From the NCBI GenBank assembly GCA_964106645.2, contig OZ067040.1: a DNA stretch of 64,000 nt. One strand, given 5' to 3'. This DNA is from Podarcis pityusensis. Lineage: Eukaryota. A program made the translations under genes and the position numbers. This document shows, piece by piece, positions 38,131-49,259 of the stretch; within the stretch, counting starts at the first letter, position 1; every line of letters starts with the position of its first letter. The notes below the pieces were generated by a model. The model ran no database searches. It saw only the letters and a program-made list of their open reading frames with translations, and was not told the origin of the DNA.

Positions 38131-38617
38131 CTTGTCAATCAAATTAGTGAGTTGCACAGAGGAAACTTATGTGAAATAACTTCTTGCCAATAAATATCTG
38201 GATATTATCAGGCCTGTTGCGAAATTCTGTTTCATGGCAATGAGGACACGACAGGCTGCGGTTACAGTGATGGCTGGCTAATGAGTACTGATTTTAATCT
38301 CTAGAATACAGACTTTAGCTGAAGGAGTGTTGTTTTTAATATAAATACGTTTATAGGGAATTTTTAATTACATCTGCTTCTTCATGCATATGTGGCATAT
38401 GTTCTTCTTGTTAACTTTGCTGTTTGGTCTTTGACCACAATAAAGATTGATTGAAGGTTGGAACTCTACTCCTCACTCAAAGTGGTGAGTTGTGCAGATT
38501 GCCAGACTAGCCTAGGAAAGGGGATATTATAAGTCCTGGTGCTTCTTCACTGGGTTGTGGAATCAGCTGGCAACACTCAAGCTTGCACTGCAACCAAGAA
38601 GTACCTCTTGCCATATG

Positions 38618-38734
38618 CAGTGATGGTAGGGAGCAGCTGCTGTTGAACTCTAACTCCTCACATCCCTGACTATGCTTGGTGGGGCTGATGGAGGGTTGGA
38701 CAACATCTGGAGATCCTCAGGTTCCCCTTTCCTG
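38618..38734. mobile_element. Palindromic hAT-type MITE, diverged
   Basis: catccctgac...ggggctgatgg...caacatctggag...caggttcccctttcctg. Confidence 0.6.
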
Positions 38735-39883
38735 CTATAAGGTAAAGCCTGCTGACTGGCCAAAGGCTCAGAACACAGCAAGTTACTGAAGATTGACCAC
38801 TAGAAGTCCAGGGATCAACCTTCCCACCATGCTAACTTGCATCAAATTTGTTGTTGACTAAAAAACTTGTGCCAGTCAATATTTCTAATCACTGGGGGTT
38901 TCCATTGCCTACTGACAAAAGTTTATATGCGCCAACTATCTTGCCTGATGTGGTACTGCATCGGGGGAAATGTATACTCTATAAAATGATTCACAGAATG
39001 AATTGGCGCTGCTCCTTGGCTTTTCGAAATGTATCAAACTCATGTGACACAAGGGCATTTGGGAAAGTGCAACCTTTTACTTACTTACTCTGTGTGTGTG
39101 TGGTTGTGTGTGTGTATGTTCTCTGGTTTCATAATATAGGTATTTATGTGAATGCCCTGAAAAGGTGCAAGTATCACAAATAGAAGCAACAAAATAGAAG
39201 CTTTCCCCCACCCTCCACTTCACACCTGACCTAGCCCTGACTTGTTTTCTCCTTTTCATAGTCTGTATGAATTAGTATTGGTCAAAATCCACTTACTGTC
39301 TAAAACATAACATTTTGAAAGAGAGTTACAATAATACTGGCAGTGTTGGAAGGAAAATAAAATAAAAAGAACACAGACAGCCACATTTTTAGTTTTCTCC
39401 ACAAAGTACACGTTAGAAGTTGAAGGCCTTGAATAGCCAAGGACAATGGTGATGCAATGAAAAAGGGTGTGTGTGTGGAGGGGGAAGAGAAAAAGAAACA
39501 AAGCAGCATAGATTTTTTAATTAATTGCAAGACCATGACTTCCTCCAATCCACACACACACACACACAAAAAAAACAATCCTAGCTTGCTCTCGCTTTTA
39601 TTTGGCACTGTTTAATTATTTCAAGCCTAAACTTCAAAATAAGATTCACCAACTCGGTTCCTGAAAACGTTCTTTTGTTTATCTGCTCACAATATTTTTA
39701 ATGTCAACGGATCATTTTTTGCAAGCTTGAAAGGGTGTTTGTGGAAAACCATCCAAGCAAGCCATTTCCTGGGGAAAGACAAAGAAAGAAAATCAGTCAA
39801 CAATGGTGCTTGCTTCTTTAAACCGTAAGTCTTCAGGTGATGCTGCTACAAGCTTCTTGTCTATAATTGTTTTGTACCACACA

Positions 39884-40042
39884 TACCTGAAGGATGCCTC
39901 TTCCAATATCAATGGTTCTGTGTGCTGAGGTCATCAGCAGAGGCTCTTCTTCAGCCAGATGCCTCTTCCATTTGGAGCGATGCAAGTGGTGACTAGAGAG
40001 ATGGTCTTTTCAGGGGAGTTACCATGCTTTTGGAATTCTCTT
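39884..40042 (+). mobile_element. Old L2 LINE fragment
   Basis: tacctgaaggatgcctc...ctgaggtcatcagcagaggctcttct...gagagatggtcttttcagg...ttttggaattctct resembles a decayed L2 ORF2 C-terminus (YLKD..LRS..RAFS..LWNSL). Confidence 0.5.
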
Positions 40043-41476
40043 ATTGCGTCTCCCTAAATGGCATCTAAGAGAGCCATACAAAATGCCTAGGAACTGTAGT
40101 TTTGTGAGGAGTTACAGATCCATAGTTTCCCTCCTAGAAGTACAGGTTTCAAGCTTCATCAAGACAGGATTCTCAAACATCCTTATAGGGATTCATACTC
40201 AGAGCCACTGAGTTTGGCTAATTCCAAATCATGAATTCCTCAAAATCCATGTAGGGAGACTGCAAGCTAATATTCTTCGGTTTTAGAGAGCAGTATTGAA
40301 TTTCTCTCTCCCCACTTCCAGTGGGGCTCCTATGAAATAGGATTTTTGCAGGAGATGCTTACCTTATTACAGAAAAAGGCACAACTGTTGAATTTCTGCT
40401 TAGCATGCAGTGGTTAAATGCACAAGAAGAGCGTTGCCAGGCGATGTTTCAGTAGCCTTGGTAGACAGAGATTGTATATGCACCTGTTCTTTGGTTTGAC
40501 TTGTATGATGTAACTTAGTCCTAGCGCCTGAGCCATATTAAAGGATTTAATGCTGCCATTCCTTCCACCGTCAAGCAATATTTATTCATTCACTTAAGCC
40601 TAGTGCTTGCCATACAGTATTGACTTTGACAATGTGTGAAAGAGGTGCAAACCACCCAAATCCTTGGAGCTTATGCTGTCTTTGCGCCTTCTGAATAAAT
40701 AAATTATACCCTGTGACAAGATGCTAGAAAATTCATGGTGTGTAAGCTGAGCACTTGGGAAGATACCTGTGCTCTTCTGATGGTTTAGGGACAAGCTGGG
40801 ATGCTGATTAATGAGTGAATATTTACAGATCCACATTACACTCCAGAAGCTGATTAGAGGGTCTCTGACTCACCATAAAACCTGCTTGAGAGCAACTTGT
40901 ACGTAATTGCGACCTATCTGGTTGAGCCAAGATCAGTTAATGAGCCTTAAGATATTATTCATTGGTTGGAGTGCCCAGTTAGAGTTCATTAAAAGCGTTC
41001 ATGATCTGCCAAAAATATTGTTATCATCATAACCATCCCTTCATAGAATTACTGTGCTGCTATTTTTTAAGCTGTCTTTGCAAACTGCATGGGGTTCTTG
41101 GGGCATAATTATAGGTTTAAATTCATTCTTTGTGTCTGTGCATCCCTCCTCCCTACATCTTTTCCTACATTATTTGAATGGAAGTCTTAAAAGGCCAAAA
41201 TACTTGAAGAGGCACACAGTATATAAAGCTATCAAACATAAGAAAGTGATTGGCTTTTGTGACTGTTCTGTGGAAAATTGCTCCTGTATCTGGTTTTGTC
41301 ACAGTATGGCTAGGTCAAGGATAGCATAGACTGCAGTTAATTGGGGCAAAGCAGTACATCATTTTTAAAAAAAAATTTTAAAACCACCCTATAAATTAAG
41401 TATTCAACAGTAGAAATGATGACACGCAAGTACTGCAAGCACAGATTAAGGAACATTTTGTGCATCTTCACAAAAG

Positions 41477-41570
41477 ACCTGCATTCATACAACTTATTGG
41501 GTTATAGAGCATACCTGCATTCATACAACGTAATGAATACCTGCATTCATACAATGTATAAGGTTATAGA
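41477..41570. repeat. Three spaced copies of the 16-mer acctgcattcatacaa
   Basis: Copies at 41477, 41513 and 41539; copies 1 and 3 are followed by ggttataga. Confidence 0.85.
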
Positions 41571-42045
41571 GAAAACTGCACTAGAATAAATATTTTTCAA
41601 GAAAATATTAGTGAATGTTGTTGACTGCTTACTGCTTGTTTTACTCCTGCTTTTCTTTTCTTTTTCTTCTTTTTCTCTTCATAGACTTTAAAAAAAGAAT
41701 ATATAAAGGAAACAAGCAGCACTTTGATATCTAGAAGATGCAGTCTACCATTATAAAAAAAAAAAACAGTGTGAGAGACTAAGTCAAAGCTGAAGGTCAA
41801 ACCTGCAGCTTTACTCTAATTTATTGCTATGTGGCAATACTAGCTGTTGTTTTAAGCACAGCAAAGGTGTGATGATAAATACCACTATTGTAGTGCTAAC
41901 TTTGGTAGAGAGGTTATACCATCATGGCAAGTGTGAAATACCATATATAGCTATGTTTGCATAAAAGATCATTGTACTTCAGAAGGAATTAAGCTTAATA
42001 CCAATCGCTACTTCTGAAGTTACACAGAGTAAACACAAATATTTG

Positions 42046-42242
42046 CACCTGGTGGAGGAAGAGGAGTGCAGTGCGATCCTGGCAGGGTGCTATCGCGGCT
42101 GCCACCCACCCGTGCTGGGAGCCATGCCCCCAGGATGCGCGCCATGCCCCTGCGGGCGGCACACCCCACCCCCGGATGCGCATCAGGCCTGCCCCCACCT
42201 TCTCTGCGCCCCCCAGTGCCGGAGCATGAAGCTCCGCCACTG
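42046..42242. mobile_element. GC-rich non-autonomous hAT (Tip100-like) element
   Basis: Homologous to 14038-14279; ends gcatgaagctccgccactg; no TSD visible. Confidence 0.8.
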
Positions 42243-42331
42243 CCTGAGCTTGTGTAACAGGGAGCTTGTGCACCAAGTAACAACTCTGCGTTTTACCTGC
42301 TGGAATGTCAGCCTACCCAGTTTGTGACTTA

Positions 42332-42658
42332 AAAAGGTAAAGGTAAAGGGACCCCTGACCATTAGGTCCAGTCATGACCGACTCTGGGGTCATCTCGCTT
42401 TATTGGCCGAGGGAGCCAGCGTACAGCTTCCGGGTCATGTGGCCAGCATGACTAAGCTGCTTCTGGTGAACCAGAGCAGCGCACGGAAACACCGTTTACC
42501 TTCCCGCTGGAGCGGTATCTATATATCTACTTGCACTTTTGGCATGCTTTTGAACTGCTAGGTTGGCAGGAGCAGGGACCGAGCAACCGGAACTCACACC
42601 GTCGCAGGGATTCGAACCACCAGGCTTCTGATCGGCAAGTCCTAGGCTCTGTGATTTA
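42332..42658 (-). mobile_element. Sauria SINE, slightly 5'-truncated
   Basis: aaaggtaaaggtaaagggacccctgacc tail and conserved core; putative TSD/microhomology tgtgactta (42323) / tgtgattta (42650). Confidence 0.92.
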
Positions 42659-42690
42659 CTAATTTGAAAAATCCCACCCATCATGTATAG

Positions 42691-42828
42691 CAGGCGTGGG
42701 AAATCTTTTGCCCTCTAGATGTTGCTGAAATCCAACTCCCACTATCCCTAACCATTGGCCATGCTTGCTGGGTCTGATGAGAGTCATAGTTGAGCAACAT
42801 CTGGGAGGCTCAAGATTCCCCACACTTG
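42691..42828. mobile_element. Palindromic hAT-type MITE
   Basis: TIRs caggcgtgggaaatctt / aagattccccacacttg; 8-bp TSD atgtatag / acatatag. Confidence 0.85.
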
Positions 42829-43522
42829 ACATATAGCAATCCAGCAGCATGAGAAACCTTGTTGTTTTTCCTGCCTTCCTAAGACTTCAGAAACAGAGGT
42901 CACATGAGAGCTTGTTATGCAAGCCTAGCCTGGCTCTATAGTCAATAGTACTTAAGAATGTCTTCATTTCCACCAGTAGTATGCACTTTTAGTCATCCTT
43001 CCACAAAATGTTCTTTTTAAAAAATATATATGGGCCCGTTTGTGTAATGTTTACGATATTTTAATGGCATTGTGACAAGAAATCAATGGTTGTTGGTTGT
43101 AAGTGAAGCTTTCCCCAAATACCTAAAAGAAAAATAAATCCAATCTCCTACAGCAATAACACTGTATTTTAATTTTGTAGCCATTAATATAGTATAGTGT
43201 AGCATTCATTTTAAATGTGCTACAAAAACACCAATAACATTTTATCCACAGCAACAGAAAGGTAACAAAAGCCATAACAAGAAGCTGAAAGTATCTGAAG
43301 ATGAGCTTCCATAATTTTTTATGGGCTGGTCATGATAGTTATTTCAAACCAGAGGAAAGAACTGTAAAATATCTCAAAATAGCTTCTTTATGCTGGCCAG
43401 ATGCTTGTATGTGCAATATAGGTCACTACTGTCATCTTTTAGGTATTGTATCTTTCTAAGAGGCAATAAGCATATTGGGTAGAATCAATCCCTTTCTATT
43501 CCCTACCCTTAAAATTTCAAGT

Positions 43523-43552
43523 TTGTTGTTGTTGTTGTTGTTGTTGTTGTTT
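43523..43552. repeat. (GTT)n microsatellite
   Basis: About 10 units. Confidence 0.95.
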
Positions 43553-43755
43553 TGGTAAAAGCAAAAATTGATATCAATTGTTAGATCAAAATGGCCACAA
43601 AAATTGGAATGGTGTTATTTCAAAAGCTTAAACAACAATTGTTCCCCGACATGGGACACGTACCTACAACGTACTTTCATAATATAGCAATTGCTGTTAT
43701 ATAGTTATATACGTATGATGATATGCACATAATACACTCTGCTACACAATATATA

Positions 43756-44252
43756 TGTAAAGGTGGTGTTTCCCCTTGGCAGTAACACTCCAGCACAATC
43801 AGCGTGATATTTACAGTCTGTATTGCATATATACAAGAACAGCTACAGTTCAGAATTACGCGTCCCAACCCATTGAGTCAGATTCGGGGAGTGGCTTCCT
43901 ACAATTCCTGCGCCAACAAAGTAGGCGTGGGAATTGCGTGAGACGTCTTTGATCCTTACGTTTCATTTCCCTCCTTGTCTGTGCTGATTTGAAAGCCCCC
44001 TCCCTTCCTGAGTCTGAGCTTCCCTCTCGAGCCTCTGGGTGGTTGCAGGGCTCTCCAGCATCCCTGAGCCCCTTCTCTCCCTGGCTACTCTCCACCCCCT
44101 CTTCCGCTTCCTCTGTCTCTGGGTGGTTGTGGGGCTCTCCAGCAACTCTGAGGCTCTGTTCTCCCTGACTGCTCTCCACCCCCTGTTCTGCCTCCTGCGT
44201 CATCTCCCTGTCTTCCTCTTCGGTCCATTGCTCCTCAGAATCCTCCCTGACA
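43756..44252 (-). mobile_element. Solo LTR with internal tandem duplication
   Basis: Termini tgtaa...tgaca (TG..CA); 5-bp TSD atata at 43751-43755 and 44253-44257; ~84-bp unit ctctgggtggttg...ctctccaccccct duplicated (about 44033 and 44117). Confidence 0.75.
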
Positions 44253-44721
44253 ATATAACAGCTTCAATTTAGCCTTGTTAACTCCTTAGCTTTCTTTACT
44301 TTTAGGCTAAGGGTTCCTAGACATCCCTACCGATCATATGCATTTGTCTCATCAAGGTTTTCACGAAAGATGAGCCTTGTTCTTAATTAACATCAATATA
44401 CTGCATCCTGATCTTAAGAGATGCATCCAATCCACTCAGTACTTTAAACTTTGAATTACTATAGCCAAGCATTTGATTGGTGTGTACAGTACACGTGTAC
44501 TGATACATTTTCCCTATTGGTGCAAAATAGTCAAAAAGCTATTGAATGCAATGTGTGGAATAATACTTCCATATAGCACTGGATCAGGTTTCTCTATGCT
44601 ATGTTGACGTTTCATTGAAAACTGCCACACTTATCCATCAGGAGTGTACACAGGCCCAATATTCTTCTTATACTTGTATAGGTGAATTAAAAAAAATTCT
44701 GGTCCATCCATTTCTGAATAC

Positions 44722-45222
44722 TCATAGAATCATAGAGTTGGAAGAGACCACAAGGGCCATCGAGTCCAACCCCCTGCCAAGCAGGAAACACCATCAGAGC
44801 ACTCCTGACATATGGTTGTCAAGCCTCTGCTTAAAGACCTCCAAAGAAGGAGACTCCACCACACTCCTTGGCAGCAAATTCCACTGTCGAACAGCTCTTA
44901 CTGTCAGGAAGTTCTTCCTAATGTTTAGGTGGAATCTTCTTTCTTGTAGTTTGGATCCATTGCTCCGTGTCCGCTTCTCTGGAGCAGCAGAAATCAACCT
45001 TTCTCCCTCCTCTATGTGACATCCTTTTATATATTTGAACATGGCTATCATATCACCCCTTAACCTCCTCTTCTCCAGGCTAAACATGCCCAGCTCCCTT
45101 AGCCGTTCCTCATAAGGCATCGTTTCCAGGCCTTTGACCATTTTGGTTGCCCTCCTCTGGACACGTTCCAGTTTGTCAGTGTCCTTCTTGAACTGTGGTG
45201 CCCAGAACTGGACACAGTACTC
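44722..45222 (-). mobile_element. CR1 LINE, 5'-truncated
   Basis: Encodes [40 protein letters not shown]...[32 protein letters not shown] (CR1 ORF2 C-terminus); (ATTCTATG)n tail; tactca at both ends. Confidence 0.95.
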
Positions 45223-46783
45223 AGTGCTCTCTGTGCTTTGATCTGAGTTCTGAGCCTCTCAGTATAAATGAAGCTCTGTGTTCCTCAGCCCCTATAAATG
45301 GGAATCTAAAAATGGCACTATTCCCCCCCCCCTTTTTACCAAAGTTGATGAAATTTGCTGACACAGGAGTCCTACCAGAGTGGATTTAGTCTGCCTATTT
45401 GCAGACAAACTGGTCCAGGAACTTTTTGTAGGTGAAATAAAAAGTAATAATTTTCCTCCATACTCCATATTACTTTCATATCTTCAAGGGTGGAGCAGGA
45501 GTTTATATTTTGCTTTTCCTTACATTGAAATAATTAAGAAAGGGACAAGCGGTGTGTATTCTTGCTTGAACATTTTTCAAGCTTCATACCAGCCTTTCTG
45601 GTGATAGGCCTTAATATTTGAGGCTCTCTATAATGCTGCCTCTGGAATTTTGAAGCGCTCTGGGTGGTAGCAGTGGCTTTATTAATGCAGAACATTGAAT
45701 GAAGAAAAATGCTTTACTGCTGGTGCTTTAATGAAACCACAACAACCCTGAACTCTTTGGTGGCCCAGAAGCAACCTTAGGGACAGCCCCACTTCTTGAA
45801 AAGCCCATAGGCCTATAGAAACAAATAAAACTTTAGAGCTATACAAAAATAACAGAATAACATGAAGCTTTTTTTTTTTTTGGGGGGGGGGGAGGACTTG
45901 ATTTGAGAGAGAGTTTATTGGCATCATATTTGGACTTGGGAGGGGGAGAAAATCCAAATTAGGATGATTCAAAACATCATTTGGCACAAAGCTGATACCT
46001 GTAAGTGGACTGGGGCTTTGCACCCATTGTAGCCTCAATTATATGTAAAGGAGAGGGCCTAAGTCTGCACCTGGGGAAATTTCCATGATTTTTTCTGGCT
46101 TGCTTTATGGGGAATGCAATTGTTTACGGCAATGAATAAGGAGCAACACTTCCTAATGTAAAATTTGGAGACAACGTAGGAATACTGCTGAGAGTGAGCT
46201 GCCTGTCCCGTGTGTGTTGCCATTCTACATAAGTTTCTTTTTACAATTCCCAGCTGTTAGAGTTAAAACTAGCATAAGCCCATTAGCATGCTCTTAATTG
46301 CTATTGTACTTTTTGCATGAATGTAAAAGAAATGTTAAGACAACTAAATTAATCAGAATTAAAGCCTACTTTTTTCAGGGAAGACATACTTTATATTGAT
46401 ATTACATTTGTACAATTAATGAAGAATATTTCCGTTTGAATTTTAAAAGGCTACAATTACACTTGGGAAGCTGGGAAGGCTGTACCTTGAGCAGTTAAGC
46501 CTATTGTACACAATGAGGAAGAAGATGTAGTAGCCTGAGGACATCTGCAAGCTAATGAGGGCTTTCAATGGAACAGTAGATGAGCACTAGCATTTTGCCG
46601 GAGGAAGGCTACCGGCTCACTCCCAAAGCAGAAGTGTCACATGGACTGCATTTGTACAGGAGTTTATTCCATTTCCCTAATGTTTCTCTAACTTCTAATT
46701 TCTGCGTTACAGCAGGCCTGCAACTTATGTGGGGGTTATTTTCTGGGATCACACACCCCGTTGGGTTCAATGATAGGTGGGGC

Positions 46784-47190
46784 TCATAGAATCATACATT
46801 TGTACAGTTGGAAGGAACCACAAGAGCAGGGGTAGGCAGCCTAAGGCCCGTGGGCCGGATGCGGCCTAATCGCCTTCTCAATCCGGCCCATGGACGGTCC
46901 AGGAATCAGCTTGTTTTTACATGAGTAGAATGTGTCCTTTTATTTAAAATGCATCTCTGGGTTATTTGTGGGGCATAGGAAATCATATTTTTCCCCAAAA
47001 TATAGTCCGGCCCACCACATGGTCTGAGGGACGGTGGACCGGCCTACGGCTGAAAAAGTTTGCTGATCCCTGCACAAGAGTCATCCAGTCCAGCCCCCTG
47101 CAATGCAGGAATCTTTTACCCAACATGGGTCTCGAACCCACATCCCTGAGATTAAGAGTCTTACGCCCTACCAACTGAGCTATCCCAGCC
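46784..47190 (-). mobile_element. tRNA-Lys(CTT)-derived SINE with CR1 tail, split by a hAT insertion
   Basis: Minus strand gctgggatagctcagttggtagggcgtaagactcttaatctcagggatgtgggttcgagacccatgttggg matches tRNA-Lys; the tail ends tatgattctatga. Confidence 0.9.
46827..47072. mobile_element. Non-autonomous hAT (Charlie-like) element
   Basis: Perfect 8-bp TSD cacaagag at 46819-46826 and 47073-47080; TIRs caggggtaggca / tgctgatccctg. Confidence 0.92.
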
Positions 47191-48679
47191 GTTGCCAAAG
47201 TCATTTTCTCCAGAACCCCACCCCTTTTCCACTCCCCTGTTTGTTTGTTTGTTTGTCTAATGCTGAAAGTGCACAAGTTAAATGTGTGGAAGTTGCAGGC
47301 TTACTGTACATCAAGCTTTTGTGTGCCATAAAAGCAACTTTGAGAAATCTAGTAGAATATAGCAGAAGTTTAGCACCCATGTCCATGTTAATTGCTTCCG
47401 GTGGGGAAGGAGGGAATCTGTTTGTAATCCCACTAACCCAGAAAATTGTAGGAGTAAAGTGATGAAATTCAGAGCAATATGGCAGCACTTACTTTTTTTC
47501 ATGTCATTGTCATGGGTGAGTCATGTGGGAGCAGAAATACATAGATGCAGAAATGGTGGGGTGGTAGCATCGGACCCAATGATGTCTGCTGTTGTGTCAC
47601 CACACACCACAATTGCCTCAATACATAAATCATGTTCAGAATACCACAACACACACATAACTGGCTGTAAAGTAACATAACATTATATATAATAAAACTG
47701 TAATTGTCATATCAAAAAATTGCAAAGCACAGTTCCTGGTGGCAATACCATATCATATTACTATTAACCTTCTATATGTTTTTATTGTCGTAAAGTCCAA
47801 GGATAGTCAAGTCCAAAGATTGTCAAGTCCACCGATTACAATGTACAGTTCCTGTTGGCAATGCCATTTCATACTGATATCTTCCTTCTGCATCGTCCTA
47901 TGTCTTAAAAGTGTAACAAATGAACACACCATGCCCACTGGTGTGAATGAGCCTGAAACAAATATTAGGAAACATGATAGAAGCTCTAGCATTATAATTG
48001 GAAAAACGAATGCAATGTTCCCCACATCTGAATACACCTACAGTTAAAGCATAAGATGGATTCAAGTTTACAACAAGCTCACATGCCCCACTAAGTGCTA
48101 AGTTTGCCTTTCATGAACAACACTCTCTGTTCCCCACCCACCTATGTAGTGTGCCAAATATATTTTTCAAAATTGTGTTTCAAAGGCAGCTTTAGATATG
48201 GCATGTTTGAAAAGAGATGCTGGGCTTCCCAGCCCATTCCATGGGCCTAAAGGAGCTATCTGGATCCTGCCTTCGTGTGTCAGTATTCTGCATCAGTTTT
48301 CTATCCACAGCATGTTTCAGTTGCTACAGTAGTATTGATAATTTGTATTAGAAATACTCTCTTTAGACCCACCTTCCCTGTGTAATGTTCAAAAAATATT
48401 TGGCTTCAAACACTGAACCTCAACGTCCAGGTTACATCCACAGATGTACAGTTTTGTTTGTTGCATGATCTGCTAGTTGTTTGGAAAAGACACAAAAGAC
48501 AACACTCCCTATAGACGTGCATCATGATTTGTGAAAAGAGGGAAGTGTCATGACAAATGTCTGGATGGAGAGCTTTTCTTTGTGCCTTTTCCAAACATCT
48601 GTTTCTGCAGCAGATAACGTAACAAGCAAAACTACAGCTGTGGGTGCATTTTGGAAGTCAAAGCATAGCTTGAAGCCAT

Positions 48680-49031
48680 TGGGGTTTAGACGAACCAAAT
48701 AAGTCCCCTGAAATATACTCGGATTTGAGTGTGACTTTCATGCTCTTTATTCAGCTCGTAGTAGCAATGAATAAAACTTTCCCCAAAAACGTCTAGCTAT
48801 ATATACATTATTTACACAATGGTCCCCATGTGATTGGCTAATTCCTGGCTGCTCCTGTAGGCCAGTCAGGTTGCTGATTCATTTCATCCAGGAGCCTTAT
48901 TGGCTGCTCCTGCAGGCCAATCAGGTCACTGTTTCACTTCCACCTAGAGCTGGATTGGGTGGTTCCTGCAGACCAATCAGACTGCTGCATTCTGGATCCT
49001 ATTGTTCTAGGATTCAGCTCAGTACATAACA
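48680..49031 (-). mobile_element. Solo LTR (U5 end eroded)
   Basis: Minus strand starts tgttatgtactgagctg; three repeated units of paired CCAAT/ATTGG boxes, then a TATA-like gtatatatagc (~48810), then AATAAA (~48756-48761), in U3-R order. Confidence 0.75.
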
Positions 49032-49084
49032 CCCCCTAAGCTTTGTGCTACAAGCCTGCATTCCTATGAATGCTTACTTTGGAG

Positions 49085-49259
49085 CAGTGGCAAACTTTGG
49101 GCTTTAACATTTCAGTGGCGCCCTGTGCAATGTCAAAATGTGGTGCCCCCTCGCCTCTCATGCTCCATTCTCAGTCATTGTTGTGGCGCCCCTGCAGTAG
49201 CCTCTTGGCTCAGTGCCCAGTGCAGGCAAACCGGTCATGCTCCCCTTAATCCACCTCAG
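49085..49259. mobile_element. Degenerate hAT (Tip100-like) element nested in an old short repeat
   Basis: Starts cagtggc, ends aatccacctcag; flanked by direct repeat tttggag (49078-49084 and 49260-49266); internal ggcgccc motifs. Confidence 0.55.

Noticed and set aside
41477-41554. CRISPR-like repeat-spacer pattern
   Set aside because: Vertebrate DNA, only three 16-bp repeats, unequal short spacers, no cas genes.
44615-45019. 134-aa ORF
   Set aside because: Antisense frame of the CR1 fragment.
47118-47190. Functional tRNA-Lys gene
   Set aside because: Multiple stem mismatches and direct fusion to a CR1-type tail show it is a SINE head.
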